Source: Mantamonas sphyraenae STR306
Taxonomy: Eukaryota > Protista > CRuMs
Length of the DNA: 64,000 nucleotides
Direction: 5' to 3'
Assembly: GCA_026936335.1 (NCBI GenBank)
Contig: JAPMXV010000054.1
Span: 1 to 64,000 of the forward strand
The notes under the pieces were generated by a model. That model saw nothing but the letters and a program-made list of their open reading frames with translations. It searched no databases and had not been told where the DNA came from. Positions 1 to 13,127 of this stretch are shown piece after piece. The translations under genes were made by a program, and so were the position numbers. Position 1 is the first letter of the stretch, and every line of letters begins with the position of its first letter.

Positions 1-133
1 ACCCTAACCTAACCCTAACCCTAACCCTAACCCTAACCCTAACCCTAACCCTAACCCTAACCCTAACCCTAACCCTAACCCTAACCCTAACCCTAACCCT
101 AACCCTAACCCTAACCCTAACCCTAACCCTAAC
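1..133. repeat. Telomeric repeat (CCCTAA)n = (TTAGGG)n on the minus strand; chromosome end
   Basis: About 22 tandem CCCTAA units from base 1 (one CCTAA variant), C-strand oriented as expected at a left end. Confidence 0.98.
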
Positions 134-184
134 GCTTAATCAGTAACCCATCCTAACCCCATCCCTACCCCCAACCCTAACCCT
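134..184. repeat. Degenerate telomere-associated repeats
   Basis: Variants such as TCCTAA, CCCCAT, CCCTAC and CCCCAA, plus CCCTAA, directly inside the perfect array. Confidence 0.75.
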
Positions 185-453
185 ATTCGTTGTTGTGTTC
201 GTTGATATGATGAGTCCGGTCTAGGTCAAGTGAGTTGTGATTGTGCTTGCTGGCGGGGTGGCTGAGTTGGGTGGTGACATGGGGCAGTGGGCATTGGGTG
301 GGAGTGGAATTGTTGCTGGTGATTGGCCGCCGTCTTGCAACGCCGCGCAGTCAGCACTGCCCATCCGCCTTCAACCAAAACATCACCAACACCCACCACA
401 CCCTCCACTAGTCCAACACAATCCACATACACTCCTGTACTACCACCACCATC

Positions 454-3400
454 ATGGACAAAGACTATTCAAGCACTCCGAAGCAGCAACACACACCCAA
501 CACCTACCCAGCGTGCGTTCTGCCTTCCACGCCGTTTTCTGACTGCCCGCTCCTCCCGCTTCCCTGCCTCCTCCATGCCTCCGTTGCTTCCCTGCACTCC
601 TCGTCTGCATCTCCCCTTCCCCATCACCACCGCTGCTACCTCCTGCGCTCTTCTCCGATCCCGTCTCCCCTGTCACTGCCCTCCCCGTTGCCAGTTTCCC
701 GGTCTGCCAATCTCCTCCGTTTTCCCCTCTTTGCTCGTTCCAGCCTCCCTTCACCCCCGCTTCTGCTCTGACGCCGTCCATTCCACCTTCCGCTCACCGT
801 TCCCACCCCGCCCTCATCCTCTCCGTCTCCCCTACAGCTACGGGTACATGGTCCCTCCCATGGCTGCCCAGCCGTTTCCGAATATGCTGCCCGTCTCTGG
901 CGTACAAAACCCGTACCAGCACCCCCAACCACCCATCATCTGGGTCCCTGTCAACACCCATCCCCAGCAGCAGCACGCGTATGCTCATCAGGGCCAACCA
1001 TACTACGCCTGCCCTCCTCCGCCGCCTCCTCTGCCGCGACAAACCGCCCAGATGCACTTCGCTCAGCCTCCGTTGCACCCTCCGCCTGCTCAACCCACCA
1101 CAAACCACAACCGCGTCCCCAAACGGATCAGTCCTGCCTTTGTTGGCATCACACGGACCACATCCACCACCACATCGTCGTCCTCCTCCCACCAGGCCAC
1201 ACGGCAGACTGGAGACAGCGACGACGACGACGCAGACCAGGACGCACACATACTTGACACCGGCGACGTGGATGACCTGATGTTCCTGAACTTTGGCCAC
1301 CGTGAACCACGGTCAAACTCCAGCAACACAGAGTGGATGGCCAGCTCATGGATGGAGGTGTACGATGAAGACGGCGAGGCAAACGACGCAACCCAGCAGC
1401 ACGTGGACGACGAGTTGGAAACTCAGGGCGCACTCAGCTTCGCAGACACTGGTGACGCCATGGATGAGGAGTACATGCCGCAAGACGACAGCGACGATGA
1501 CATAGACGAGTTGGAGCAGGTGGACAGGGACGAATGGCAGCCGAGACACACAAGTGGAGGCCACAGACGAGGCAGAGACCACAACATCCGACGTACTGTT
1601 TCACAACAGACGAAAGGCAGCGGACAGCGCAGGCGCAGGGTCACGGCTGGCAGCGGCACAGAGACAGGAACGTCGAGCACACGGGCAAGGAGGGCCAAGA
1701 ACGGAGACAACGGCGCACGGAAGAACGCACGCGATGACAAGACGAACGAGTTGCCAAATGGGGTTGTGCGCAAAGGGTGGTCGCGGCACCGGCGCAGTGA
1801 CGAGCGCAGCCACAGCAACAAGAAGGAGCACACGGCACTGCTGAACCACATGCACACTCTGGCCAACGAGCATCCCCTCGACAACATCACCGACCTCATG
1901 ACCCTGCAGGCGCGTGTTGTGGTCTGCCATGGCACCACGACCACGCTGGTCCGACAGATTCAGCTCGCTCTGGGCAACATTCCCCTCTCCCAGGGCGACA
2001 TGGCCTTCTGCCTCACCCTTCTCGGCCGTGACATGGATCAACAGGCGTGCAGCCAGGCCATCATCAACGCTGGTCTGGCCATGGGTGTGACAAAGGCTGG
2101 GTTGAAGGTGTGCTGGCTGGAGGAGCCACACGACCACGGCGACCCCAACTACGCCCTCCTCCACCTCATCATGACACAGATGGACACTCTTGGCAACAGG
2201 CCCCATCCCACCACCTGGAAGGAGCACAAGCAGACCCAGCTGTTGCTGCAGGAAGCACGACGCCCTGCTGACAACAACAGCGACCCACACTGGACACAAT
2301 GCGACTACGACCACCACCTCACCACCGCCAAGGTGGACAAGTGGCACCCTGAGTCTGTGCGAAGTGGCTGGAACGGTTCCAACCACGACGAGCGAGGCAG
2401 CTGCACGGCGCGGGAGTTCCAGACGCTGCTGGTACACATGAAGGCACGCGCAGCCAAGCACCCTCACCATCAGCACACACACGAGCAACATGCACTGCGT
2501 GAGCTGATCAACAACGGCAGCATGCATTCCCTGGTGCGACACATCATCCTGGCGCTGGGCAACGTTGGCGTGCCGCCCGTCGACCTGGCCTTCTTTGTCC
2601 GCCTCCTCAGGCCACACCTCACCTACAAGCAGTTGCAACCTGCCATCGGCAACACACTCGCCCGTGGCGTCACCTCCCTCAACCTCAAGATCGCCTGGCT
2701 CGACAAATCCAAACCCAGCGACGCCACACTGCACACCCTCCTCCACACCCTCATCGACCGCATCACACCCCACATCACCACCCGTCCCACCACAGTCGAC
2801 GCCGTCAACACCCTTGACATCCCAGAGCTCGTTCTGACCAAGCCGACAACGGAGGAGGTGATGGCCGTGGAGGATGGACTGCCAGATGGCGTTGTGAGCT
2901 GTGGCTGGTCAACATGGCGCAAGAGCGAGCGCAGCCACAGCAACAAGAAGGAGCACACGGCACTGCTGAAGCACATGCACACCCTGGCCAATGAGCATTT
3001 CATCGACGACATCCCAGATCTTATGACCCTGCAGGCGCGTGTTGTGGTTTGCCATGGCACCCTGAGCACGCTGGTCCGACAGATTCAGCTCGGTCTGGGC
3101 AACATTCCCCTCTCCCAGGGCGACATGGCCCTCTGCCTCACCCTTCTCGGCCATGATGTGGATCAACAGACGTGCAGCCTTGCCATCCACGACGCTGGTC
3201 TGGCCAGGGGTGTGACAAAGACTGGGTTGAAGGTGTGCTGGCTGAAGGAGCCACACGACCACGGCGACCCCAACTACGCCCTCCTCCACCTCATCATGAC
3301 AGAGATGGACACTTTTGGCAACAGGCCCCATCCCACCACCTGGAAGCAGCACGAGAAAACTCAGCTGCGGCTGCAGGAAGCACGACGCCCTGCTGACAAC

Positions 3401-4075
3401 GACAGCGACCCACACTGGACACAATGCGACTACGACCACCACCTCACCACCATCAAGGTGGACGAGTGGCATCCAGAGTCTGTGCGCAGTGGCTGGAGCA
3501 GTGCCAATCACGGCGACGAGCGTGGCAGCTGCACGGAGCGGGAGTTCCAGACGCTGCTGGCACACATGAAGGCACGCGCAGCCAAGCACCCTCTCCATCA
3601 GCACGCCCACGAGCAACATGCACTGCGTGAGCTGATCAACAACGGCAGCATGCATTCCCTGGTGCGACACATCATCCTGGCGCTGGGCAACGTTGGCGTG
3701 CCATCTGTCGACCTGGCCTTCTTTGCCCGCCTCCTTAGACCACACCTCACCTACCATCAGGTACTATGTGCCACCAGCAACACCCTTACCCGCGGCGTCA
3801 CCTCCCTCTCCCTCAAGATCGCCTGGCTCGACAACCCCAAACCCAGCGACGCCACACTGCACACCCTCCTCCACACCCTCATCGACCGCATCACACCCCA
3901 CATCACCACCCGGCCCACCACCACACACGCCGTAAACGCCTACCCCATCCCCTCCTCTACCATGCCCAAGCGCAAAGACCCTTCCTCCTCCTCCTCCTCC
4001 TCCTCCTCCTCCTCCTCCTCCTCCTCCTCCTCCTCCTCCTCCTCCTCCTCCTCCAAACGCCAGCGCCTCGAATGA
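454..4075 (+). CDS. Telomere-adjacent protein of unknown family, copy 1: Pro/Gln-rich and acidic N-terminus, two ~350-aa repeat domains, C-terminal PKRK-(S)n-KRQRLE; predicted intron 513-837
   Basis: Exon 1 MDKDYSSTPKQQHTPNTYPA (454-512), donor GTGCGT at 513, pyrimidine-rich intron, CTACAG acceptor at 837 joining in frame to YGYMVPP. The same exon 1 and splice sites are in copy 2. The ORF-track TTG start at 323 is probably wrong. Confidence 0.8.
1750..3930 (+). repeat. Internal ~1.1-kb coding duplication (~1750-2810 vs ~2870-3930)
   Basis: ERSHSNKKEHTALL...LIDRITPHITTRPTT occurs twice with high DNA identity. Confidence 0.92.
3983..4053 (+). repeat. (TCC)n microsatellite encoding poly-Ser
   Basis: Pure TCC run. 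Shorter poly-Ser runs at ~6768, ~43400, ~46942, ~50403, ~54528 (minus strand) and ~56772. Confidence 0.95.
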
Positions 4076-4094
4076 ACCAGCCCTTCATTCTGTC

Positions 4095-4282
4095 ACCCTA
4101 CCCTCCCCACCCACCCAATCACCCTCTCCAGCACCTCATCTGTCAGTGTCACCCACCCTCCCCACCCTCTCTCCTCCACATACGCCTCCATCCCATCTCA
4201 CCCAAACATCCCCTCCCTCCCTTCCCCATTCATCACCAACGCCGTCCCTTTAGCCTCGTCCCCCTGTGCACCCCACCCATCC
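4095..4282 (-). pseudogene. Degenerate fragment of the LRR-family C-terminal (F-box-like) cassette
   Basis: ccctccccacccacccaatcaccctctccagcacctcatctgtcagtgtcaccca... matches 21510-21700 and 34648-34835, with substitutions and indels. Confidence 0.8.
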
Positions 4283-4369
4283 GCCTTCAACCAAAATATC
4301 ACCAACACCCACAACACCCTCCACCTGTCGAACACAATCCTCATACACTCCAATACCACCACCACCACC

Positions 4370-6822
4370 ATGGACAAAGACTACTCGAGCACTCCTAAGC
4401 AACAAAACACACCCAACACCTACCCAGCGTGCGTTCTGCCTTCCACTCCGATTTCTGACTGCCCGCTTCTCCCGCTTTCATGCCTCCTCCATGCCACCGT
4501 CGCTTCCCTGCACTCCTCCCCTGCATCTCCACTTCCCCATCACCACTGTTGCTGCCTTCACCGCTCTTCTCCGATCCCCTCCCCCCCGCCACTGCCCTCC
4601 CCGTTGCCAGTTTCCCCGTCTGCCAATCTCCCCCGTTTCCCTCTTTGCTCGTTCCAGCCTACCTCCTCCCCGCTTCTGCGCTGACGCCGTCCATTCCGCC
4701 TTCCGCTCACCGTTCACATCCCGCCCTGCCCCTCCCCGTCTCCCCCACAGCTACGGGTATATGGTCGCTCCCATGGCTGCCCAGCCGTTCCCGAACATGC
4801 TGCCCGTCTCTGGCGTACAAAACCCGTACCAGCATCCACAACCACCCATCATCTGGGTCCCTGTCAACACCTACCCGCAGCAGCACACCGCATATGCTCA
4901 TCAGGGCCACCCATACTACGCCTATCTTCCTCCGCCGCCTCCCCAACCGCGACAAACCGCCCAGATGCACTTTGCTCAGCCTCCGTCGTACCCTCCGCCT
5001 GCTCAACCCACCACAAACCACAACTGCGTCCCCAAACGCATCAGCCCTGCCTTTGTCGGCATCACACGGACCACTTCCACCACCACATCGTCGTCCTCCG
5101 CCCACCAGGCCACACGGCAGACTGGAGACAGCGAAGACGACGACGCCGACCAGGACACACACACACAAGACACCGGCGACGTGGAGGACCTGATGTTCCT
5201 GAACTTTGGCCACCGTGAACCACGGTCAATCTCCAGCAACTCAGAGTGGATGACCAGCTCATGGATGGAGGCGTACGACGAAGACGGCGAGGCAAACAAC
5301 GCATCCCAGCAGCCCGTGGACGACGAGATGGAAACTCAGGGCCCACTCTTCATTGCAGAGACTGGTGCTGCCATGGATGAGGAGTGCATGCCGCAAGACG
5401 ACAGCGACGACGACGCAGACGACATGGAACAGGAGCACACGGACGAATGGCAGCCGAGACACACAGGTAGAGGCCACAGACGAGGCAGAGACCACACCAG
5501 CCAACGCACCGGTCCACAAACGATGAAAGGCAGCGGACAGCGCAGGCTCAGGGTCACGCCTGGCAGTGGCACAGAGACAGGAACGTCGAGCACACGGGCA
5601 AGAAGGGCCAAGAATGGAGACAACAGCGCACGGAAGAAAGCAAGCGTGGACAAGACCATTAAGTTGCCAGATGATGTTGAGCGCAAAGGGTGGACAAAGG
5701 GACCCAGCGACGAGCGCAGCCACTGCAACAAGAAGGAGCACACGGCACTGCTGAACCACATGCACACCCTGGCCAACGAGCATCCCATCGACGACATCCC
5801 TCGACCTGGTGACCCTGCAGGCGCGTGTTGTGGTCTGCCATGGTACCCTGACCACGCTGGTCCGACAGATTCAGCACGCTCTGGGCAACATTCCCCTCTC
5901 CCAGGGCGACATGGCACTCTGCCTAACCCTTCTCGGCCGTGACGTGGATCAACACGCGTGCAGTGCTGCCATCCAGAACGCTGGTCTGGCCATGGGTGTG
6001 ACAAAGGCTGGGTTGAAGGTGTGCTGGCTGGAGGAGCCACACGACCACGGCGACCCCAACTACGCCCTCCTCCACCTGCTTATGACAGAGATGGACACCC
6101 TCGGCAACAGGCCCCATCCCACCAGCTGGAAGGAGCACGAGCAGACTCAACTGTGGCTGCAGAAAGCACGACGCCCCGCTGACAACGACAGCGACCCACA
6201 CTGGACACAATGCGACTACGACCACCACCTCACCACAACCAATGTGAGACAATGGCATCCTGAGTCTGTGCGCAGTGGCTGGGCAAAGTACAGTCCCAGC
6301 GACGAGCGAGGCAGCTGCACGGCGCGGGAGTTCCAGACGCTGCTGGCACACATGAAGGCACGCGCAGCCCAGCACCCTCGCCATCAGCACACACACGAGC
6401 ACCAGGCACTGCGTGATCTGATCAACAACGGCAATCTGCTGTCCCTGGTGCGACACGTCATCCTGGCGCTGGGCAACGTTGCCGTGCCGCCTGTCGACCT
6501 GGCCTTCTTTGTTCGCCTCCTCAGGCCACGCCTCACCTACCAGCATGTGCAAAATGCCATCAGCGCCACCCTCAATCGTGGCGTCACCTCCCTCTCCCTC
6601 AAGATCGCCTTGCTCGACAACCCCAAACCCAGCGACGCCACTCTGCACACACTCCTCCACACCCTCATCGACCGTATCACTCCCCACATCACCACCCGCC
6701 CCACCACCCCTGCACTCGTCAACGCCTACCCCATCCCCTCCTTCACCCTGCCCAAGCGCAAAGACCTTTCCTCCTCCTCCTCCTCCTCCTCCTCCTCCTC
6801 CAAACGCCAACGCCTCGAATGA
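4370..6822 (+). CDS. Telomere-adjacent protein, copy 2 (one repeat domain); predicted intron 4429-4750; +1 frameshift near 5801
   Basis: Paralog of 454-4075. ORFs 4266-5942 and 5809-6822 join if one base at gacatccc-t-cgac is removed. Ends SSSSKRQRLE*. Confidence 0.75.
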
Positions 6823-6965
6823 ACACTTTCACTCACAATACCCAACTACCCTCCCATACCCCTCCCGTTGTGGAATGCCTCTTCCAACTCCTCCTGCACG
6901 TGGCGGGCAGACTCGGTTCCACCACCAAAAACTTCGGCACCGCGCCTCCCTGACCAACCACACAC

Positions 6966-8268
6966 ATGAGCCAACCCATCGACAACCGCAAGCGTGAACG
7001 CCCCACCACCACCATCACCACCACCACTACATCCTCCCTTGACACAAAACGCCAGCGAGTCGACTCGCCCCAGCCACTTGATCTGGACGGGTACGGTCTT
7101 TTTGCAACACCCATCGATGCTGTGCGCAGTGGCAATCACCTTGTTGTCCAAAGTGCCAACATCCACCCGGAGAACCTGGACGACTTTTCTCTCCCGTCCC
7201 CAACCTCCCCAAGCACTTCTTCCTCCACAGACCCCCTTGCCGAAGAGTTTTCCCAAATCATGGGATACATCACCGCCGCCGTCGACGCCATAGGCGGCTC
7301 CACGGATGGATTCGATGTTCTCAAACACACCACACACGTGTTTGTCGCAACCTCCCAAGACAACTTTGACGAAATCTCCAAACTCATCTCTTCCACCTTT
7401 CCAGACCCAGTCCCACCCTTCACCTGCATCAAAACTCCTCTGCCTCCAAATACCACCCTTTGCGTCGATGTGGAGCTTGACAAGCGCCGAGGATCCCCTC
7501 TCGACGTGCAGACACTCGGTGGAATCCAAGGCCACGGGTCCTCTTTGGAAGAGCAGTGCACATCTGTCTGGGAGGATCTCAGCGCGCAGCTCAAAGACAA
7601 CATGGACCGTTGCGTCCGCCATGTTGTCCACGTCCGCCGTCTGTCCTATGCCAGCACGCTCAAGTCGTCTTGGGCGTCCTTCTGCAACAAACACTCGATC
7701 AAGCCCGTCGTCGACCCTCTCTGGATCGTTTCGCAGGTTACCGCGCTTCCAAACAACGCATCCGTCCAAATCCAAAACCACTGCACTCTCCGCATCCGTC
7801 TCCGCCGACCGCGTCCATCGAGAAGGACCTGTGTCGGCCCAGTCGACCGACGAGCAAAGCAAGGACAACCAAGCCCATGCTGTGGTCCTCCACACCGCTG
7901 GCGACAATCCTTCACTCCACACTGTCTGGCTCCAACTCGACATCGGTGCCCCCTGTGGCCACATGGGTGACTTTGTTGAGTGCAATGTCAACAAGACGCT
8001 CGAGGCCCTGCCCGTCTCCCGCGACCTTGACTCCAGCACCATCTGCAGTGGCTACGTCTACGCCTACAGCGACATCTCAATCGCTTCCTTTGCTGTCCGT
8101 GACGGCATCTGCGAGACCCTTCTCGGAACCCGTTGGCTCACCTCCTCCTCCAACTCCGCCCCGTCCTTATTCTTCTCCGAAGACGACCTCACTCCTGTGA
8201 CCTACCTTGCCGTCGAAGCCATCCCTGACGACCGTCATTCGACTCTGGATGCCATCTGGCACATATAA
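6966..8268 (+). CDS. Protein with tandem RidA/YjgF-like domains (resembles the C-terminal half of eukaryotic Dph6) and an N-terminal NLS-like segment; frameshift near 7775
   Basis: YjgF-like motifs PPFTCIKTPLPPNTTLCVDV, EEQCTSVWEDL, VTALPNNASVQIQ and PVTYLAVEAIP. An extra A in ccaaaacc links ORF 6966-7970 to the 7306-8268 frame. Confidence 0.55.
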
Positions 8269-8469
8269 ACCGCCCCATGCGCCGCTGCTTCATTTCAGGT
8301 TTTGTCCCAACCGATTGTCGATTGTGGAGAGGTCCATGCACGGTAACTCACACACTGAACTGACTTCCAGACACTCATTACTCATCGTGACAACCTGGAT
8401 ACGTTCAACGCGCACAGGTTGAGTTCTCTGACCTGCCGCACCTCCACACAAGCAAACGAGCCAGATACA

Positions 8470-11400
8470 ATGCACAGGGCCCTCGCTGCAGGTATCGTGG
8501 TCGTTTTGTTCCTCCTTCCTGTGCTCCTGGAGGAGGTGGACGCAAGTTGCGAGCAACGTGACCAGCTCAGTGCGCTGGCAACCGCGTTGGGCGAATCACC
8601 AGACAAAACGCAGTGCTTCTGCACGTGGCAGAGTTTGGGTGTGACGTGCAACAGAACTGCACCAGGTTTCAATAGCTCCGATCCGTGCTGTGGCGTCGAG
8701 TTTGTACAGTTGGGCGTGATTCGATACGGAGGGGACGTGTCCAAGGACGCGTTGGCCCTCTTGCCCAACATCACAGGATTTGAACGAGTCAGCTTCTTGT
8801 CAGTGACGTTTGCAGCCGCACCCACGGTCCTTTGCACTATGCAATCACTCATTGGGGTTACCTTGGCAAACGTTGGTCACACAAACATTCCTCAGTGTCT
8901 TGGGAACCTCACTGCACTCCAGGAGCTCAGTTTGTCGGACAATAAGTTGACGTCTCTGCCCTCATTCATCGGCACCCTCACCAATCTCACGTCATTGTAC
9001 GTGTCCTACAATCAGCTGACGACACTTCCTGACTCCATCTCGTCCCTCACCAAGCTCTCATCACTGGACGTGTCCTCCAATCAACTGACGACACCCCCTG
9101 ACTCCATCTCGTCCCTCACCAATCTCACGTCATTGTACGTGTCCTACAATCAGCTGACGACACTTCCTGACTCCATCTCGTCCCTCACCAAGCTCTCATC
9201 ACTGGACGTGTCCTCCAATCAGCTGACGACACTCCCTGACTCCATCTCGTCCCTCACCAAGCTCTCATCACTGGACGTGTCCTCCAATCAACTGACGACA
9301 CTCCCTGACTCCATCTCGTCCCTCACCAAGCTCACGTCCCTGTCCGTGTTCAACAATCAGCTGAAGGCACTCCCAGACTCCATCTCGTCCCTTACCAAGC
9401 TCAAGTCGTTGGAGGTGTCGCGCAATCAGCTGACGTTACTCCCTGACTCCATCTGGTCCCTCACCAATCTCACGTCATTGGACGTGTCGCGCAATCAGCT
9501 GGAGTCACTCCCTGACTCCATCTGGTCCCTCACCAATCTCACGTCATTGGACCTGTCGCGCAATCAGCTGACGTTACTCCCTGACTCCATCTGGTCCCTC
9601 ACCAAGCTCACGTCACTGGACGTGTCCTCCAACCAGCTGTCGACACTGCCTGCCTCCATTTCGTCCCTCACCCAGCTCATGGGGTTGATTCTGTCCAACA
9701 ATCCGCTGGCCTCGTTTCCCGACTTTGCATCGTTGAATCACCTCTCTGAGCTGGGTCTGTCCAACACCCGGCTATCAACGTTTCCCGAGTCCATTCTATC
9801 CCTCAAGGACCTTACAACACTGTATTTGTCCAACAACCACCTGAGATCCGTGCCGGTAGCAATTGGCAGCCTATCGCAACTTCGCGAAGTGCACCTGTCG
9901 TCCAACAAGCTCGAGTCGCTCCCCTCCTCCATTGGGAACCTCACTAAGCTATCAAAACTGTGCTTGTCGCAGAATCACCTGACGTCAGTGTCCTTCCTTG
10001 GGCAGTTTCACAGCATGAAAGCGTTGGATTTGTCCCGCAACCAGCTCACAATGCTTCCTTCCTCCATCGGTGCTCTGTCCCAGATGACAAGTTTGGACGT
10101 GTCCAACAACCTCCTGCCCTCGCTCCCAGAATCCATTGCCAACTGCACCGAGCTCACGAAACTGGATGTGTCCAACAACGTGCTCACCTCGCTGCCGCCC
10201 CTCTTTGGCAACATCCCCTCGCTCATCACTCTGGATGTGTCCAACAACGTGCTCACCTCGCTGCCGCCCGTCTTTGGCAACTTCACCTTGCTCCGCACTC
10301 TGGATCTGTCCAACAACGAGCTCGCGTCGTTGCCGTCCCCCTTTGGCAACTTCCCCTCGCTCACCACTCTGGATGTGTCCAACAACGTGCTCACCTCGCT
10401 GCCGCCCGTCTTTGGCAACTTCCCCAAGCTCACAACTCTGGATGTGTCCAACAACGTGCTCACCTCGCTGCCGCCCTTCTTTGGCAACTTCCCCAAGCTC
10501 ACAACTCTGGATGTGTCCAACAACGTGCTCACCTCGCTGCCGCCTCTGTTTGGCAACTTAACCAAGCTCACAACTCTGGATGTGTCCAACAACAAGCTTT
10601 CCGAGCTCCCCTCAACAATCGGCTCCTTGACGGCCGTTGCTTCGCTGGACGCGTCCTTCAACCAGCTTCGTTCCATCCCTCCAACCATCAAGTCGATGGT
10701 AGCACTTGTCACCCTCAACCTGGACAACAACCAGCTCGGGAGCCTCGCGTCCGGTCTGGGTGCCCTCCCTCAGCTGCGTCGCTGAAGCTTTCCCACAACA
10801 ACCTTTCCACCTTCTCCGTCCCTCCCAAACATTTCCAGAAGCTCCTTTTGCTGTCGATGTCGCACAACGGCATCTCTTCCGTGCAGAATCTCAACGGGAT
10901 GGCACAGTGCACCACTCTGGATCTTTCAAACAACAAGCTCACTTCACTTCCACCCCTCCCTGAACCCCTAACAACGCTACGCCTCGACAACAACAACATC
11001 CAGCACGGCATCGCGAACATTCTCCCGTCCAGTCTGGTGAACCTCCACGTGGCAAACAACCAGCTCCCAAAGCTAGTATTTTCCGCCGCCTTTCCCAGCC
11101 TCCGCCTCCTCGACCTCTCCAATAACCCACATGCCACGGGCGACGTCTCTGTCATGCATCTACCGTCCCTGGAGACTCTCAAGTTGTACAACACCAGCCT
11201 CGGTGGCTCCATGTCTGCGTGGCGAGATCTGAACAACCTCCAGCGCCTGGACATCCACAACACGTTGATAGGTGGCAGCTTCCCGCCCGCCATGCGTGCC
11301 AGTCGCTCTTTGTGGTACGTGGACGTGCGCAACACGTCGACCGCGCTGGCTGGAGGCGAGGTCAATTTCCTGCGACCGTCGCCAACAAACCAGAACCAGT

Positions 11401-13127
11401 TTGGCAACGTGACGTGTGCGGCCATACAGCGAGCCGATGGCCAGCACATGCTCTTCTTTTACGACCCCATCAACTGGATCGAGCAGTGCACGTGCGCGGC
11501 CCAGTTCTTTGGTCATCGCCAGCAGTGCTTGCAGTGCCCCGAGGAGTTTAGCGAGTGCCGCTGCACCGCAGGCTCCATCCGAGGGTGCCGTGTAGTGGCA
11601 GCGCCAAACGCGACACACTCATCTCTGGCAGTGCTGCCGTGTCCCGTGGCAGCCGCGTGTCCAAAGTTGCAGCAGGAGAACGGCGACGGCCGCACTCGAG
11701 GCAGCGAATGTGCCCCAGGGTACCAGAGTGGTTCTCGTCTGTGCAGCGAGTGTGCACGTGGCTACTACAAGAGCGCGCGTGTGTGCTTGCAGTGTCCGAC
11801 GACGGTGGAGGTGGCGATGGGCATCGTGCTGTACGCTGTGCTTGCGGCGCTGTTCCTCATTGTGGTGATCCGACAGCGCCTGCATCACGGAGGCGACAGT
11901 GCCACACTCAAGGTGACGCTGTTCTTTTGGCAGATTCTCGCAACGATTGAAAAGTCGTCGATCTCACTGACGAGCGCATTGCACCGCGTCGAGGAAGCGA
12001 ACGGGTCTGTGTCGCTGAGTGGCATGTTGGGCCAGGTCATGCAGGTGGTCAACCATGTGGCCTCATCGGTGAACCTGTCTCTATCGTCTGTGCAGTGCTT
12101 GTTTACCGCGCCGGACGGATACACGGAGCGATGGAGCGGGGCTTTTGTGGCCAGCACGACGATGCTGCTGCCGTTGCTTGTGCTGGGAGCCGTTGTGTCG
12201 CTTGTTTGGGATGTGTACACAAAGAGACGGGGGGAAAGTGGAGTTGAGGACGATGAGGCCAACGGGGACGACACGGTCGATTTGTTCAGCGACACCACCA
12301 CGAACCACAACGGGGTTGCCCTGAAACACAAGATCACGGGAGTGGCTCTGTTTGCATTGCACGTTGCGTACGGACCCATCCTGCTGCAAGCACTGAGCTT
12401 TCTGATGTGCACGGACGCGGCCACGGGCGTGCGTGGAGAGACGCCGTGGCGCTACTTGAACCAATACCCGTTCATTGTGTGCCAGGGCAGACCGCTTGAT
12501 GGGACGCTTGTCGACGTGCAAGGAGTTTCCTGGGCGCTTCTGGTGCTGGTGGGCATCTGCGTGCCGCTGGTGGACGTTGTGGCCCTTGTGTACGTGTGGA
12601 AGACGAAGGCGACGGAGGAAAGGTGGGCGCAGACGGCGTTTGGTTTCTTGTACCGTTCTTACAGACCCGATCGGATGTGGTATGAGCTGGTGGTGATTGG
12701 GCGGCGTGTTGTGGTCACCGTGTTGGTGACGGCCGTACCGTTCTACTCGCAGATCACGTTCTTCATTGTGCTCTTTCTGACGCTGGTGGTGTCGATTTGG
12801 GTGCACGGGCGGCTACGACCATTCGTACGCACGCTGGACAACAAGATGGAAACATTGAGCCTGTACACCCTGCTAACGGTGTTTGTGACCGGAACGGCGG
12901 TGACGCTGAGCAAGGCGCGGTTTGACACGGACGCAGTGGAGGTTGTGGCGCTGGGTGTGATTATGGTGACGATGTGCGTTGGGGTGGCGCTTGTGGTGGC
13001 TCTGGGATCAAAGAGTGCCTACGCGGCCTTCAGGCGGATACGGGCAGGGACCAAGGCGGGAGCGCGGTCGGATGACAAGGTCGGGATGAGATTGTTGAAC
13101 GAGCCGCTTCTCTCTGAGAGAGCATGA
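8470..13127 (+). CDS. Cell-surface LRR receptor-like protein: signal peptide, >30 LRRs (23 aa), Cys-rich stalk, multi-pass (~7TM) C-terminus; -1 frameshift near 10777
   Basis: Signal MHRALAAGIVVVLFLLPVLL; LxxLDVSxNQLTTLPDSI repeats; CAPGYQSGSRLCSECARGYY; hydrophobic helices and FGFLYRSYRPDRMWYE. ORFs 8419-10785 and 9960-13127 join at cagctg(g)cgtcgctgaag. Confidence 0.85.
8975..10600 (+). repeat. Two homogenised 69-bp LRR tandem arrays (~8975-9670 and ~10150-10600)
   Basis: Near-identical units containing cctgactccatctcgtccctcaccaa in block 1 and ctggatgtgtccaacaacgtgctcacctcgctgccgcc in block 2. Confidence 0.9.

Noticed and set aside
323-847. ORF-track N-terminus starting at TTG 323 (also 4266)
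   Set aside because: The Pro/Ser/Leu-rich stretch is better explained as a pyrimidine-rich intron with an upstream ATG exon conserved in both copies.
454-6822. Telomeric retrotransposon or telomere-linked helicase
   Set aside because: No RT, endonuclease, gag knuckle or helicase motifs, no poly(A) tail, and the genes have a spliceosomal intron.
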